NCBI GenBank assembly: GCA_009937025.1
Contig: JAACDG010000072.1
Coordinates: forward strand, 1-59,527
Direction: 5' to 3'
DNA: 59,527 bases
Source: Methanobacteriota archaeon
Lineage (GTDB): Archaea > Thermoplasmatota > Poseidoniia > Poseidoniales > Poseidoniaceae
Below are positions 1 to 9,847 of the stretch, one piece after another; position 1 is the stretch's first letter, and each line of letters starts with the position of its first letter. The notes beneath the pieces were generated by a model. It had not been told where the DNA came from. It worked only from the letters and a program-made list of their open reading frames with translations, and searched no databases. Both the position numbers and the translations under genes were made by a program.

Positions 1-2777
1 AAGTGCAATTTTGTAGAGATGCGGTCAATCAAAGCATCGACCAAAATATTTGTATCAACAATGACCAAAGGAACCAACGAAAGATTTCGTAAATATCGGC
101 GGGATGCATTTGGAATCTGTGATTTATTTACTGAGAAAAGAGAAAGTTCAGCCTGTTGTAAACTGCGGATTTCATTTTCACTAAAATACCCGCTGTTTTG
201 AGCACGTTCAAGGAACATCAAACCATCAACAGGACGAACTCTTGCAGCTTCACTGGCAAGAGAATATACTTCTTCAGTCGAAGGTGAACCGTATTGCATC
301 AGTTGATTAAAACGAATATCAAATGTGTTCTTTTGTCTTCGACGGCTTTTATGCAATGAATTCGTTGCTGCAGTAACTCGTCCACAGAAAGGGTCTGTTG
401 GGAGTGGGCGGGGGTGTTCATGTGGATAGGTTTTGAGCATATCCAAATCATCTTCGGCGTGGTAAACTCGCATTACTTCGACCATTTCACCTTCTTCATT
501 TTCTTCAACTTCCATTTTGGTTCTTTTTACGAAGTCCTTCAACAAGCGTGTGGCAGAATTTGTATCCTTTGATTTTGCAGTATAAGAAACTCGGAGATAC
601 AATTGGAATCGCTGGGTAATCGCGCTCTTGAGAGCAGGTTGGGCATCCAGAAGTTCAACTGCTTCTCGCCATTGTTCTGCGAATGCCAAATGAATGAGGG
701 CTTTGCGATACAGTGTGAGAGAGTGCTCATAATCAAAGTCTTCATGGTCACCTGCTTTTCGGTAATCACGTGCTGCATTCAATTCCTCTTTCTTTGATGC
801 ATAAACAGCCGCACGAGCAAGTGTGTGCCAAGGGGATAAGGCATCGTTGGTTTGGTACCATCGAACAAGAGATGGTAACCCAATATCATGTTCCAATACC
901 AGATGGCGGACACTGTGTATGACTCCAGTTGGTATAGCGTCCCTGCTCATCAGGGTGTTGAGTGTTTCAATATGTTCTGAATCGGTGTTGCCGTGCTGGA
1001 GCATTAAAGCCACATGGTTCAAGCGTAATGTTGCGATTACAGCATTGAACAAAACGCGTTCCATTAATGTGAGTTCTGCTGAAGCGATACTTTGTTCAAG
1101 ATTTGAAAGGTGGGTCGAGGATGTAATTCCACTGCCCCCATCTCGAAGGGCTTGACGAACTGGTCCGAACGCTAACAGCCCTTGTTTGTCAAGCACCGTA
1201 GTAAGGCGTTCATCTTCGACATTTTCTCCTTCAAACAGCATTAGCAAAGCTTCAGAGGTTGATGAAAAGGAATCCGGTGCATCCATGCTGTGAACTTGTG
1301 AGAGGGCAACTCTTCGCGCTGCACGAACGTGCATCCACAATTTATGATCGCTTCCTGCATCAACCAAATGGGAGACGAGCAAGGTCTCGTAGGGGTGAGA
1401 CATTGGAACTAAATCGTTCGAAGTGACCATCTTAGCAAGCAAATTCAATTCCATACTTTGCGTGTAAATGTCCATGAGGAGAGGAAAGACACTTTCCCAT
1501 GCTTCGCTTGAATCATCAGAGATATTCTTTGATGCCGCTGAACGTATGTGCAACGGTAATGTTTCCATTTGTATCAAGGCAACAAGTGCTCCATCATCCA
1601 ATATTGGAATTTGTTCAAGAAGCCAATTATTGATGGATTCACTTGAGAGTTCAGAGAGAAGTGGGGCTAATGAGGACAGTTCTGTGTTTTGATCGAGTTT
1701 GAGACTGGTAAGAAGTTCAATTGTTTCCTTTGATTTTCCTTCCTTGTGAAGAGCGTTTAATCGCCACCACATTATTTTCTCAATTTGAACTGCATTCGTC
1801 GTGTGTTGACGTAATAATTCAAGACCTTCAGCGAGTTGTTTTGATGAGAGTTTGGCCGCTTCGGGAGGTGTGTTTTCCCAGGCCAGTAATTGACGTGCTT
1901 CGGACAAAGAATTTTCGCCTTTTGCCGTTCTTGATTTCTTCCAATTCAAAACTTGGCCCTGTTGGAGGCAATACAAATCATTCAATTGTTCAGCCAAATC
2001 AGAATCAACGGCTTTGAGGCGTTCCATGGCTTCGGTAGGGTCTTGGCCTGAAGCCAAAGCAAGCAGTACACTCAATGCAGAGCCTTGCCCTTCGAGTTGC
2101 AAGAGAATATCTGCAGGATGTAATTGCCGTCCAGAAGAGAGTTGGGATGCAATGTTTCTGAGAGCGACTTGGGATTCTGCATCTGACACAACAGGTGATA
2201 ATTCTTCAATTGCGACAATCAAATCTTCTGCAATATGAGGATTGATGAAAGCCGAAGTTAATTTCACTTTCTTGCCGGCTTTCGCCTTGGATGCTTTCGC
2301 TTTAGGAAAAGCCGCGAATTGTCCAAGAAGAGCAGTATGTTGAGCGAGTTCGTGCCAAACTGGATGCACGCCCTTTTCCAAACAAACTTCTCGTAGTGAG
2401 GTTTCAGTGGCGCCCCATTCCTCCTCCCATTCGTCTTTGTTGAGAAGTTTGTGAATGAGAAGGGTAGCAAGTCGATAAGCGGAACTGTACTCTGAAGGGA
2501 TGAGCATTTCGAGAGCAGGTGGGAGGGAATCCATTGGGCCTGACGCGCCTCTGCCTCCTCGGCGATTTCGTCCTCTTCCGCCAGATGAACGGCGACGAGG
2601 AGTGGATTCCGATTCATCTTCATCCGCAGCAGGTAATTCAGTCTCTGCAAGGGCAAGGAGAAGAATAGGCCGCCAAGATTTTTCAAGCAACTGCCAATCA
2701 GCAGATTTTACCACCAATGATTGTCGACGAGGTTTGGTCAAGTTGGTTTTGAAAGCAACTTCAAGACAATTTAACAT
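1..2777 (-). CDS. Large alpha-helical (TPR-like) protein with a PIN-like motif at the window edge; partial, 3' end outside window
   Basis: Not in the ORF track because it is open at the left edge. Hand translation from ATG 2777 (alternative TTG 2792 after GGAGAGG) gives 925 codons with no stop: MLNCLEVAFKTNL...WHTLARAAVYA...LYRKALIHLAFAEQWREAVELL...LVPLVIVDTNILVDALIDRISTKLH. Confidence 0.8.
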   Translation of the reverse strand, partial: MLNCLEVAFKTNLTKPRRQSLVVKSADWQLLEKSWRPILLLALAETELPAADEDESESTPRRRSSGGRGRNRRGGRGASGPMDSLPPALEMLIPSEYSSAYRLATLLIHKLLNKDEWEEEWGATETSLREVCLEKGVHPVWHELAQHTALLGQFAAFPKAKASKAKAGKKVKLTSAFINPHIAEDLIVAIEELSPVVSDAESQVALRNIASQLSSGRQLHPADILLQLEGQGSALSVLLALASGQDPTEAMERLKAVDSDLAEQLNDLYCLQQGQVLNWKKSRTAKGENSLSEARQLLAWENTPPEAAKLSSKQLAEGLELLRQHTTNAVQIEKIMWWRLNALHKEGKSKETIELLTSLKLDQNTELSSLAPLLSELSSESINNWLLEQIPILDDGALVALIQMETLPLHIRSAASKNISDDSSEAWESVFPLLMDIYTQSMELNLLAKMVTSNDLVPMSHPYETLLVSHLVDAGSDHKLWMHVRAARRVALSQVHSMDAPDSFSSTSEALLMLFEGENVEDERLTTVLDKQGLLAFGPVRQALRDGGSGITSSTHLSNLEQSIASAELTLMERVLFNAVIATLRLNHVALMLQHGNTDSEHIETLNTLMSRDAIPTGVIHSVRHLVLEHDIGLPSLVRWYQTNDALSPWHTLARAAVYASKKEELNAARDYRKAGDHEDFDYEHSLTLYRKALIHLAFAEQWREAVELLDAQPALKSAITQRFQLYLRVSYTAKSKDTNSATRLLKDFVKRTKMEVEENEEGEMVEVMRVYHAEDDLDMLKTYPHEHPRPLPTDPFCGRVTAATNSLHKSRRRQKNTFDIRFNQLMQYGSPSTEEVYSLASEAARVRPVDGLMFLERAQNSGYFSENEIRSLQQAELSLFSVNKSQIPNASRRYLRNLSLVPLVIVDTNILVDALIDRISTKLH

Positions 2778-2936
2778 GTGCGTCTCTTCCAAACCTCTCC
2801 CCCCTCTCCCGTTGGCTCAACCTACCCTCCTTCAACCCACCGGCAGGACTACCTTGGACTGAAAACGATTCGTTTTGTCAATAAGTCTGCGAACATCCAT
2901 GAACAAAGAACGCTTGGGGTTCAATGGAGGAATCGC

Positions 2937-3404
2937 ATGGATCTTGTTCGCATTGTAGTTTTATTGCTCCATCCTTTGCTTGCAACAGGTCTACTTGGAG
3001 GGATTTGGTGGCAATACTCGTGGCGAAAAAAAAGCCATGAACTCAAAGGAGATTCTAGGAAAAAGGCTCTCAATCAACATGAAAAATACGGCGACCGATT
3101 GATTTGGGCTGCCTTTTTTGTCATCTGTGTAGCCTTTTTGAGTCAGGCGTTCATTGCTTGGAGAGAAAATGAAAGTATCCTCGCCTCACTTGTTCCTCAA
3201 AGTCTTCATGGATTCATGGGGCCAATTGGTTTTGTCTTGCTGTTTCTGCTCGCACGGATGGGTCGGCGAGCGCGTGATGCTCGAAAGGAAGGTGAAAAAT
3301 TTGCTCATCACGCTTTGAAGCATGGGCGGGCAGCAGATTTGATTATCGTACTTGCTTTTCTCCATGCATTCTTGGGGTTCCTGTATATTTTTGCTGTATT
3401 ATGA
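2937..3404 (+). CDS. Four-helix membrane protein, DUF4079/cytochrome b561-like
   Basis: GGAGG SD at 2926-2930 before ATG 2937; four hydrophobic segments with His at LLHP, HEKYG, SLHG, KHG, LHA. Confidence 0.6.
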   Translation: MDLVRIVVLLLHPLLATGLLGGIWWQYSWRKKSHELKGDSRKKALNQHEKYGDRLIWAAFFVICVAFLSQAFIAWRENESILASLVPQSLHGFMGPIGFVLLFLLARMGRRARDARKEGEKFAHHALKHGRAADLIIVLAFLHAFLGFLYIFAVL

Positions 3405-3405
3405 A

Positions 3406-4404
3406 TCAATTCATAGCGAGTTCTTTGTCCCGATTGCCCCACATTCGCATCCAAATCTCAAGATTTGCTTCAATCCCTGGTGGTTGAATTCGACAACCAC
3501 AGGCATTTGCATGCCCTCCGCCTGTTGAGTCCATAGCAGTTGCTAATCGGGAAAGGTCGAACCTATGTTGGCCATTTTCAAGAAATGAATTGGCATAAAA
3601 ACTAGCCGAAAGTGCTGGACGTCCAGGTGTTTCAATCGAGCCATCTGCATATCCATGAATAATACAGCAAGCATCTGCACGGTCGCCTGCCCAAGCAGTT
3701 ACAAGGTAGCCATTTGAGCGAACTCCTTTCTCATCCATTCGGCAAATTGCAAGACGGTCAATGATTTCTGTATGTTGTTCGACAACGATTTGTGCTGCTT
3801 GCCGTTCTTGTCGGGCTCTTTCGATGTGTGGGGATATCTTTGAATCGTGCAATACTTCATTCAAACTTGCACCTTGTGAAAGCAGGGAAAGTACATACTG
3901 CATATGTTCTGATTCATTCATTGAAAGAGAGCGGGCCAATTGCAGAATAGGGCCGTCTTCAATGAATTCTTCACGGGTGATTTGGCCCGAATCAAGAGCG
4001 TCGACAACCGGCATAATTTCTTCTAAATGCGAGACGTCAAGATAGGGGCTCAGTACATCATATGCAAGGCGAGCAGCAGACGGTGTTGCCTCCCAATGGC
4101 ATGTGCCTCCATCAGCAACAAAACGCGCCTCTTGTTCCTTATTTGGGCGATTGGTTTGATGGTGATCTAAATACCATCCACATTGTGGATGGAAAGGCAA
4201 ATCAACCATTGCTGTTGTTCGGTCGATGAGTGAATCAATTGCCCCAGAACGAACCAAGGCAGCATGTGCAAAATGAACCTCAGCATCTGGATTCGCGGCT
4301 TTGAGCACCGCAGCCGCACACAAACCATCCAAATCGGAGTCAGCAATTATTCGGGAAAATTCAGGCAACCCTGCTCTTTTCAATGGCGATGAAGACGGAT
4401 GCAT
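3406..4404 (-). CDS. DHH/DHHA1 family phosphoesterase (nanoRNase-like)
   Basis: DSDLDG, LDHH and GGGHANACG motifs; start uncertain (4404 or 4431). Confidence 0.8.
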   Translation of the reverse strand: MHPSSSPLKRAGLPEFSRIIADSDLDGLCAAAVLKAANPDAEVHFAHAALVRSGAIDSLIDRTTAMVDLPFHPQCGWYLDHHQTNRPNKEQEARFVADGGTCHWEATPSAARLAYDVLSPYLDVSHLEEIMPVVDALDSGQITREEFIEDGPILQLARSLSMNESEHMQYVLSLLSQGASLNEVLHDSKISPHIERARQERQAAQIVVEQHTEIIDRLAICRMDEKGVRSNGYLVTAWAGDRADACCIIHGYADGSIETPGRPALSASFYANSFLENGQHRFDLSRLATAMDSTGGGHANACGCRIQPPGIEANLEIWMRMWGNRDKELAMN

Positions 4405-4491
4405 AACGCCTTGCGTGTGCACGCGCCTCAAGAAGGTTTTCGGGAACAGTACGCCACAATTAACTTGACCTATTGCATCTCTGCTTGCCGC

Positions 4492-4902
4492 ATGGAGACT
4501 TCATGTGGTATCGTCTTGGTCAATTATGGAACTGTCCTTCTTCTCCAATACCCACAAGGGCATTGGGATTTTCCAAAAGGTCATGTTGAAGACTCGGATG
4601 AAGACCATCATGCGACTGCTCGCCGAGAACTGGAGGAAGAGACCGGGATTGATGAAATTATATTCGTCCCAGAATTTGTCGACCGAAGTGAATATTCATA
4701 CAGGCACAAAGGTCGAAAAAGAACAAAGCAAGTGTATTGGTATGTGGCAGAAACCGAACGCATAACAGTGACCCTCTCCAATGAACATCAAGGGCACATG
4801 TGGCTGGATTGGGAGCAAGCAAAAGACCAACTGTCTCACAATGAAACCAAAAAGATTCTCGAAAGTGCCCATCAGCACATGATGAAACTCGGTAAAGAAT
4901 GA
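4492..4902 (+). CDS. NUDIX hydrolase, Ap4A hydrolase-like
   Basis: HWDFPKGHVE...TARRELEEETG Nudix box; LSNEH motif. Confidence 0.85.
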   Translation: METSCGIVLVNYGTVLLLQYPQGHWDFPKGHVEDSDEDHHATARRELEEETGIDEIIFVPEFVDRSEYSYRHKGRKRTKQVYWYVAETERITVTLSNEHQGHMWLDWEQAKDQLSHNETKKILESAHQHMMKLGKE

Positions 4903-4903
4903 T

Positions 4904-5599
4904 TCAAAGTTGTTCGAAATCATCATCGTTTTGATTCATCTTTCGAATCATAGATCCTGCACCGCTTTCTGGCCCTCTTCGTCCAAGGGGCATCCAAAGA
5001 GCTTCATCATTTCCAAGTTTCAAACAAACCCAACGGCCAAAAACAAAAAGCCAATCGGAAAGTCGGTTGAGATACACAAGTACAATTGGGCGAACTGCGC
5101 CTTCGCCCTCTGATTCTGCCAATCGTAAAACTGTACGTTCAAGACGGCGTGTTACTGTTCGTGCAAGATGGATTACAGCCTCGGGGCCTTGTCCCGAAGG
5201 AAGAATAAAACTGGTGAGAGGTTCAAGTTGTTCAAGCCAAGCATCCATTTCATCAATCAACGTCGAGGCTTGATTGTCGCTAAGTACGGCCATTTGCTCA
5301 GGTATCTGCGATGGCGGACATGCAAGTTCAGCTCCAAGGTCGAAAAGTTCATTTTGAATTCTTGGAAGAGTTTGGTGAGCAATGGATTGAACTCTTTGGA
5401 CAGTCGAACGGCTTCCACCATCGCCATGCTTTGGGAGACGTCCTATTTCCATCAGGCATAAGCCGAAAAGGGCATTTAACTCATCGCATGTTCCTACTGC
5501 TTCCAATCGAATGTCTGCTTTCGAGCGACGCGAGCCATCGACAAGTGAAGTTTCACCTTTATCTCCCGTACCTGTATAGACTCGCGTGATACGTACCAT
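4904..5599 (-). CDS. pduO: ATP:cob(I)alamin adenosyltransferase, PduO type
   Basis: VYTGTGDKGETSL, GTCDELN, FILPSG, ARTVTRRLER, YLNRLSDWLF. Confidence 0.93.
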   Translation of the reverse strand: MVRITRVYTGTGDKGETSLVDGSRRSKADIRLEAVGTCDELNALFGLCLMEIGRLPKHGDGGSRSTVQRVQSIAHQTLPRIQNELFDLGAELACPPSQIPEQMAVLSDNQASTLIDEMDAWLEQLEPLTSFILPSGQGPEAVIHLARTVTRRLERTVLRLAESEGEGAVRPIVLVYLNRLSDWLFVFGRWVCLKLGNDEALWMPLGRRGPESGAGSMIRKMNQNDDDFEQL

Positions 5600-5623
5600 G
5601 GCTCTGCCCCGAGTAATGCCAAG

Positions 5624-6109
5624 TCATGCTTCTATGAGTGGTTTTCGGGCAAGGAAAGTTGAATCAAGGGGGTGATACCACTCAATATCTTCCTCGCCAA
5701 AACGCCATGAATACAGGGCAAGGTGCTGGTCAACTACTCCATACCATTCAAGTCGCCCTGGTTCCAAACAAGCGATGCGTGTGCCAGTCTCTTCGATGTT
5801 TGAAGTCACATTTTGCCAATGGGCTACCAATTGGGCTAATTGTTCGGCTACCTCGACAACATGTTCGCTTTCAGCTTCCAAAGATTCGAGTAAGACTTCT
5901 AATTCTTCAGTAAGATCATGCGCTTCATCACTCATCGCTTGAAGTTCAGCTAACCATCGAGTAACTTTCGGTAAGTTCTCACGGGCATCTTCAAGAGAAA
6001 CAATTTGAGCACCTTTCGGAAGAGTACGTAATGCATCTTCTTCATTCGCCAATGAACATACATCCATTGGTCGTCCTGAAAAGAAGGGAACATCTGAATG
6101 TTCTTTCAC
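5624..6109 (-). CDS. DUF2203-like protein
   Basis: SLEDARENLP N-terminus, coiled coil, YSWRFGEEDIEWYH...FLARKPL C-terminus. Confidence 0.75.
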   Translation of the reverse strand: MKEHSDVPFFSGRPMDVCSLANEEDALRTLPKGAQIVSLEDARENLPKVTRWLAELQAMSDEAHDLTEELEVLLESLEAESEHVVEVAEQLAQLVAHWQNVTSNIEETGTRIACLEPGRLEWYGVVDQHLALYSWRFGEEDIEWYHPLDSTFLARKPLIEA

Positions 6110-6205
6110 ATACGTTCCTTAACTTGGAGGGTCTTCAAGTCATCGGAGGGGATGTTTGAATTTCGGCAGTTTAGGGGGGTTTCTAAAAAATCGGCATACC
6201 CTGAT

Positions 6206-6487
6206 TCAAACCATAGAAACATTAGATTGAAAGTTCGGGGTGACTTTTTTTGAAAATTTCATGAATACGATAGTCCCTACTCCAATCCACATGGATAATT
6301 CAATAATTAACACAGCATAATACAGCGGTCCGAATTGCTTGAGGAGCGTAACGGCATCATATGGCACTCCATAAAGCGCCATATACGCGGCTTGAGAAAG
6401 GAGGCTAGACGAGAACCAAATCACTACAGCAAACCACAAAATAGTCCCTGATTTCCATTCCTCTCGTGCTTCAATTGCTTTTCCCAT
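6206..6487 (-). CDS. Small two-helix membrane protein
   Basis: 93-aa ORF with two hydrophobic segments in an AT-rich interval. Confidence 0.6.
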   Translation of the reverse strand: MGKAIEAREEWKSGTILWFAVVIWFSSSLLSQAAYMALYGVPYDAVTLLKQFGPLYYAVLIIELSMWIGVGTIVFMKFSKKVTPNFQSNVSMV

Positions 6488-6535
6488 GTATCTATATTGT
6501 TTTTCTTCCTCTTAAGTCCTTTGTATCCCTGCATA

Positions 6536-6589
6536 AAAAACCTGAGGTTTTTCGGTAATATGTCCGGAAAGGGCATCTTTGTTTCCGGA
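6536..6589. promoter_or_regulatory. Two adjacent inverted repeats (operator or terminator candidates)
   Basis: AAAAACC-TGA-GGTTTTT at 6536-6552; TCCGGAAA (6563-6570) / TTTCCGGA (6582-6589). Confidence 0.35.
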
Positions 6590-6596
6590 AAACTAC

Positions 6597-7367
6597 TCAC
6601 TCTTGCTCAGAAGCGTTGAGAGGTGGAAGTTTTACTGAAGCTGAAGGGTCGATTTCCTCAAGGGCTTCGTGAATTGCTTGAATCCATTCAAAGGCTACGG
6701 CTTCTTCACCACCTGAAGCAAGTAATGATTCATGCTATTCATTGGCAGTATTTTCATCTTCAACAAATAAATGAATCCGATGAAGGGCGAGATAAGCCAT
6801 GGGATTCAAGTGTTCTTCGTCAGCATCCCAGCCTTTTTCAAAACATGCGATTGCTCCATTGACACCATTGATTTGCCCTCGTTGTAAGGCGACCATGCCG
6901 GCTTGACTCCAGGCAAGGGGTAATCGGCCAATCAAAAGGCCACGGAACACCAACCATGTTTGCCCGCCGCCGAGAACGACCAAAGAGAAGAAGCCTGCCC
7001 ACTGTTCAAACTGATTCAAATCATTCCAGGTTTGAATCATTAATCCCCCGACACCTACGCAGAACAAGAAACCGGAGAAGGGGGCAATGAGAACTTCTCT
7101 GCGTGTTCGAATAAGGTGATAGATGCCAGCAAGAAGGCCAAACGAACCAATTCCTGTGAGCAAAACCAAATGGCCTGTTACTGAGACTGGATTTGGTGCC
7201 ATTTGGCCTACGCCAATCATTGAAGCGACAACGAGGATAAAAAGTCCAAAGCGGCGAGAGGGTTGGGGGAAAGGTTGACTTTTCGACCCGATACATAACA
7301 GAAGTCCAATTGTTACTTCAAAGCCAACCAAAATCCACTGCAAAGTACTCGGATCGATGAATAACAT
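6597..7367 (-). CDS. Multi-pass membrane protein with C-terminal TPR-like helices, interrupted by an in-frame TAG at 6735-6737
   Basis: ORF 6735..7367 ends ...NTANE-TAG; the frame continues 45 codons (HESLLASGGEEAVAFEWIQAIHEALEEIDPSASVKLPPLNASEQE) to TGA at 6597-6599. Confidence 0.65.
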
Positions 7368-7415
7368 GAGCTCCCTCTAAATTGCTCGACCTAACGGCAC
7401 TTTTTGACCCTTTGC

Positions 7416-7850
7416 TCACGCCTTATGATAGGCGGTTCCACGAAGAATCTCGGTCGAACGGTATAATTGTTCAACCAAAAGTACACTTGCTAATTCGTGC
7501 GGATAAGTCATTTTCGAAAGTGAAAGGCGTTGAGCATCGTGGGGCATTTTTGTGTTTGGCCATCCCTGTGCGGGACCAATTGCTAAATGCGTTTCTTCAC
7601 CTGCCATTTTCCAGGCTTGGACGTGAGTTGAAAATTCAATCGAATCAAGAGTTTCTCCTCCTTCATCAAGATAAATGACTGTACCTTTTCTTTTTTGAAG
7701 GAGGTCTGCGTATGCTTCAGCGCTCAACTTATCGGAATGATATTCAATCCGAATTCCTCGTGAATGGATACGCTTTGAATACATCTCAATCAATTCACGA
7801 TTTGCTTTCTCTTTTGGCACGCCATGAAGATGAACTATGACTCGAGCCAT
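7416..7850 (-). CDS. rlmH: 23S rRNA (pseudouridine1915-N3)-methyltransferase RlmH (SPOUT)
   Basis: LDEGGETLDS, IGPAQG, LSLSKMTYPHELA..LLVEQLYR..EILRGTAYHK. Confidence 0.88.
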   Translation of the reverse strand: MARVIVHLHGVPKEKANRELIEMYSKRIHSRGIRIEYHSDKLSAEAYADLLQKRKGTVIYLDEGGETLDSIEFSTHVQAWKMAGEETHLAIGPAQGWPNTKMPHDAQRLSLSKMTYPHELASVLLVEQLYRSTEILRGTAYHKA

Positions 7851-7934
7851 GGTTTTGCCATAGTGTTCTTCTTCATGAAGCCTCCATATGTATTCGTCCA
7901 AAATATCATAGGGAGGGGGCGGCGAATCCAGAGT

Positions 7935-8270
7935 ATGGGTTGGTGGCCGTTTGGACGGAAGAAGAAGGTCGGGCGCGCGCCTGTGAATGACCCTTTATTG
8001 AAGGACAACAGGATTTTGATTTCAGAATTAAGAGATGTCTGTGAATTGAATTTTGACAATCCTGAAGAAGCCCGTAGACACATTCGAAGAATGCAGGTTG
8101 AATGGAATGATGCTGCTCGCGAGGGTGTTTTGAGTGATGTCAACCGCAGTGGCTTGGATGCTCGTGCATTCCGCCTCCTTACCTGTGAAGATTCAGACTG
8201 GATGGTTTGGCTTGACAACCTTGACTTTTGGAAGCCCGGTTGGAACCCTGAGCCCAATAACGAGGATTGA
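7935..8270 (+). CDS. Hypothetical protein
   Basis: MGWWPFGRKKK... 111 aa; its stop overlaps the next start (TTGA). Confidence 0.65.
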   Translation: MGWWPFGRKKKVGRAPVNDPLLKDNRILISELRDVCELNFDNPEEARRHIRRMQVEWNDAAREGVLSDVNRSGLDARAFRLLTCEDSDWMVWLDNLDFWKPGWNPEPNNED

Positions 8271-8989
8271 AGAAGGGGCGGCAACTCCCTCAATTTATGG
8301 GTCAAACACCTACCCTCCACATGCTCTATTCCTGCCCTTTTTGTTGGAAGGTTCGTGTATTAATTGAACACCTTGGACTTGATGTAGAATACGTCGGCGT
8401 CAATGGAATGAAAATTAAGAAGGAAGTAAGTTTTGCTGGGGACTGGGGCAAGGTGCCGGTTTTTACTGATGAAAAGGGTGAGTTCCATGTTGACTCAACC
8501 CCACTTCTCAAACACATAGATGCAAGTTACAATGGTGGTAAGTTTGCCGCAGTTGGGGACCCAGAACGTCAAGCGCAATGGCTCGATTGGTCCGATACAA
8601 AAATGTCAAAAGCAACGATTCCCATCCTCTATGGAAGCATTGGTTCGGCTTTGAAAACGACGGTAAGAATTTCAAAACTCGAAAAATTGGGATTTTTCTC
8701 AAAGCGATTGTATGCTTGGGCCGGATTCCCGATTATGTGGGGCATCATAGCTCGAAAGCGGGTCAAAAAAGATGGGCGCAAGCCCAAGCAACTCTGGCAT
8801 GATTTACTGACTGAATTCACCGACGCCCATGGCGCTGAGATGTTTTTTGGTGGACAAGGGCCGGACCTCGTAGATTTTTCTGTGTTCGGATACATGCGTT
8901 CAATTTCTCCCTTCCCTCAATTTTCATTACTTGAAGACCATGAGAAAGGCATGGCGTGGTATCAACGAATGCAAGCAACCCTACAATGA
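8267..8989 (+). CDS. Glutathione S-transferase/glutaredoxin family, prostaglandin E synthase 2-like
   Basis: CPFC, KVPV, DST, FFGG.GPDLVDFSVFG, WYQRM. Confidence 0.85.
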   Translation: MKKGRQLPQFMGQTPTLHMLYSCPFCWKVRVLIEHLGLDVEYVGVNGMKIKKEVSFAGDWGKVPVFTDEKGEFHVDSTPLLKHIDASYNGGKFAAVGDPERQAQWLDWSDTKMSKATIPILYGSIGSALKTTVRISKLEKLGFFSKRLYAWAGFPIMWGIIARKRVKKDGRKPKQLWHDLLTEFTDAHGAEMFFGGQGPDLVDFSVFGYMRSISPFPQFSLLEDHEKGMAWYQRMQATLQ

Positions 8990-8998
8990 GGTGGAAAC

Positions 8999-9847
8999 TT
9001 GGTCATTCAATACCGAGATATTGAATTCACTCCAATTCAGGCAGGCAGTACTTTTCTCGGCACTGAAAAGGGCGGATGGATGTATGGTGGCCAACGACCC
9101 CGGCATGAAGTTCAGTGTCCTGAATTTTATGCAATGAAGACTGTTTTATCACAAAGCCAATTGCAACAATTGCTTCGGCTTGATGAAGAAAAAATTCTCT
9201 TGAGCGGAGAGCGTATAGGACATATTTGTCGACACTTATCAGAAGGCTTTGAACCGAAAGAACATGGACTTGATACGGAGAAATCATGGGAAATACGCTG
9301 CCCAAGTGAAGGCGAGTGGCGTCATGCACACGGATTCATCCAATTCCAACTCAACCCTGGAAAAATCGAAGTATTATCGGATGGCGTTTCTAATAATTAT
9401 CGAGGTGCCATGATGGATGCTCGACCACGCTCCTTTACTGGAATTGGCCCAATGGCTGAACATCGAGCAGCAATTGAAACCCACCCAAAGCAAGAAGGCG
9501 TCACTGCACTTTCAAGCGCACCTATGGACCGAGAGTTGAGAGACCTAGTTATCCGTCTTGTCATAACACCTGTTCGCGTAGGTGAACCCGTTTGTGTTCC
9601 TCTCAATGCAGACTTAGCAGCCAATATACGCGGTGAAATGTTTTGGACACTTCTACTTGGAGTCATTCCGTCTTTTGTGATTCCAATCGCCAGAGGAATG
9701 GGGAGTTATGCAATCAATGGATGGGCAAACCTACTCTTTGGCGGATTATGTGCTGGTTTTGTCACAGGGGCTGTTTGGCGTCCGCGCCGGCCCACAATCT
9801 TCTACGATGATGTGGCGGAGTCAATCATCGATGACGGGCGAGACTAA
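8999..9847 (+). CDS. Membrane protein with degenerate FGE-sulfatase/SUMF1-like N-terminal domain
   Basis: IQAGSTFLG, RPRHEV, RCPSEGEWRHA resemble FGE-family motifs; two C-terminal TM helices. Confidence 0.5.
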   Translation: MVIQYRDIEFTPIQAGSTFLGTEKGGWMYGGQRPRHEVQCPEFYAMKTVLSQSQLQQLLRLDEEKILLSGERIGHICRHLSEGFEPKEHGLDTEKSWEIRCPSEGEWRHAHGFIQFQLNPGKIEVLSDGVSNNYRGAMMDARPRSFTGIGPMAEHRAAIETHPKQEGVTALSSAPMDRELRDLVIRLVITPVRVGEPVCVPLNADLAANIRGEMFWTLLLGVIPSFVIPIARGMGSYAINGWANLLFGGLCAGFVTGAVWRPRRPTIFYDDVAESIIDDGRD

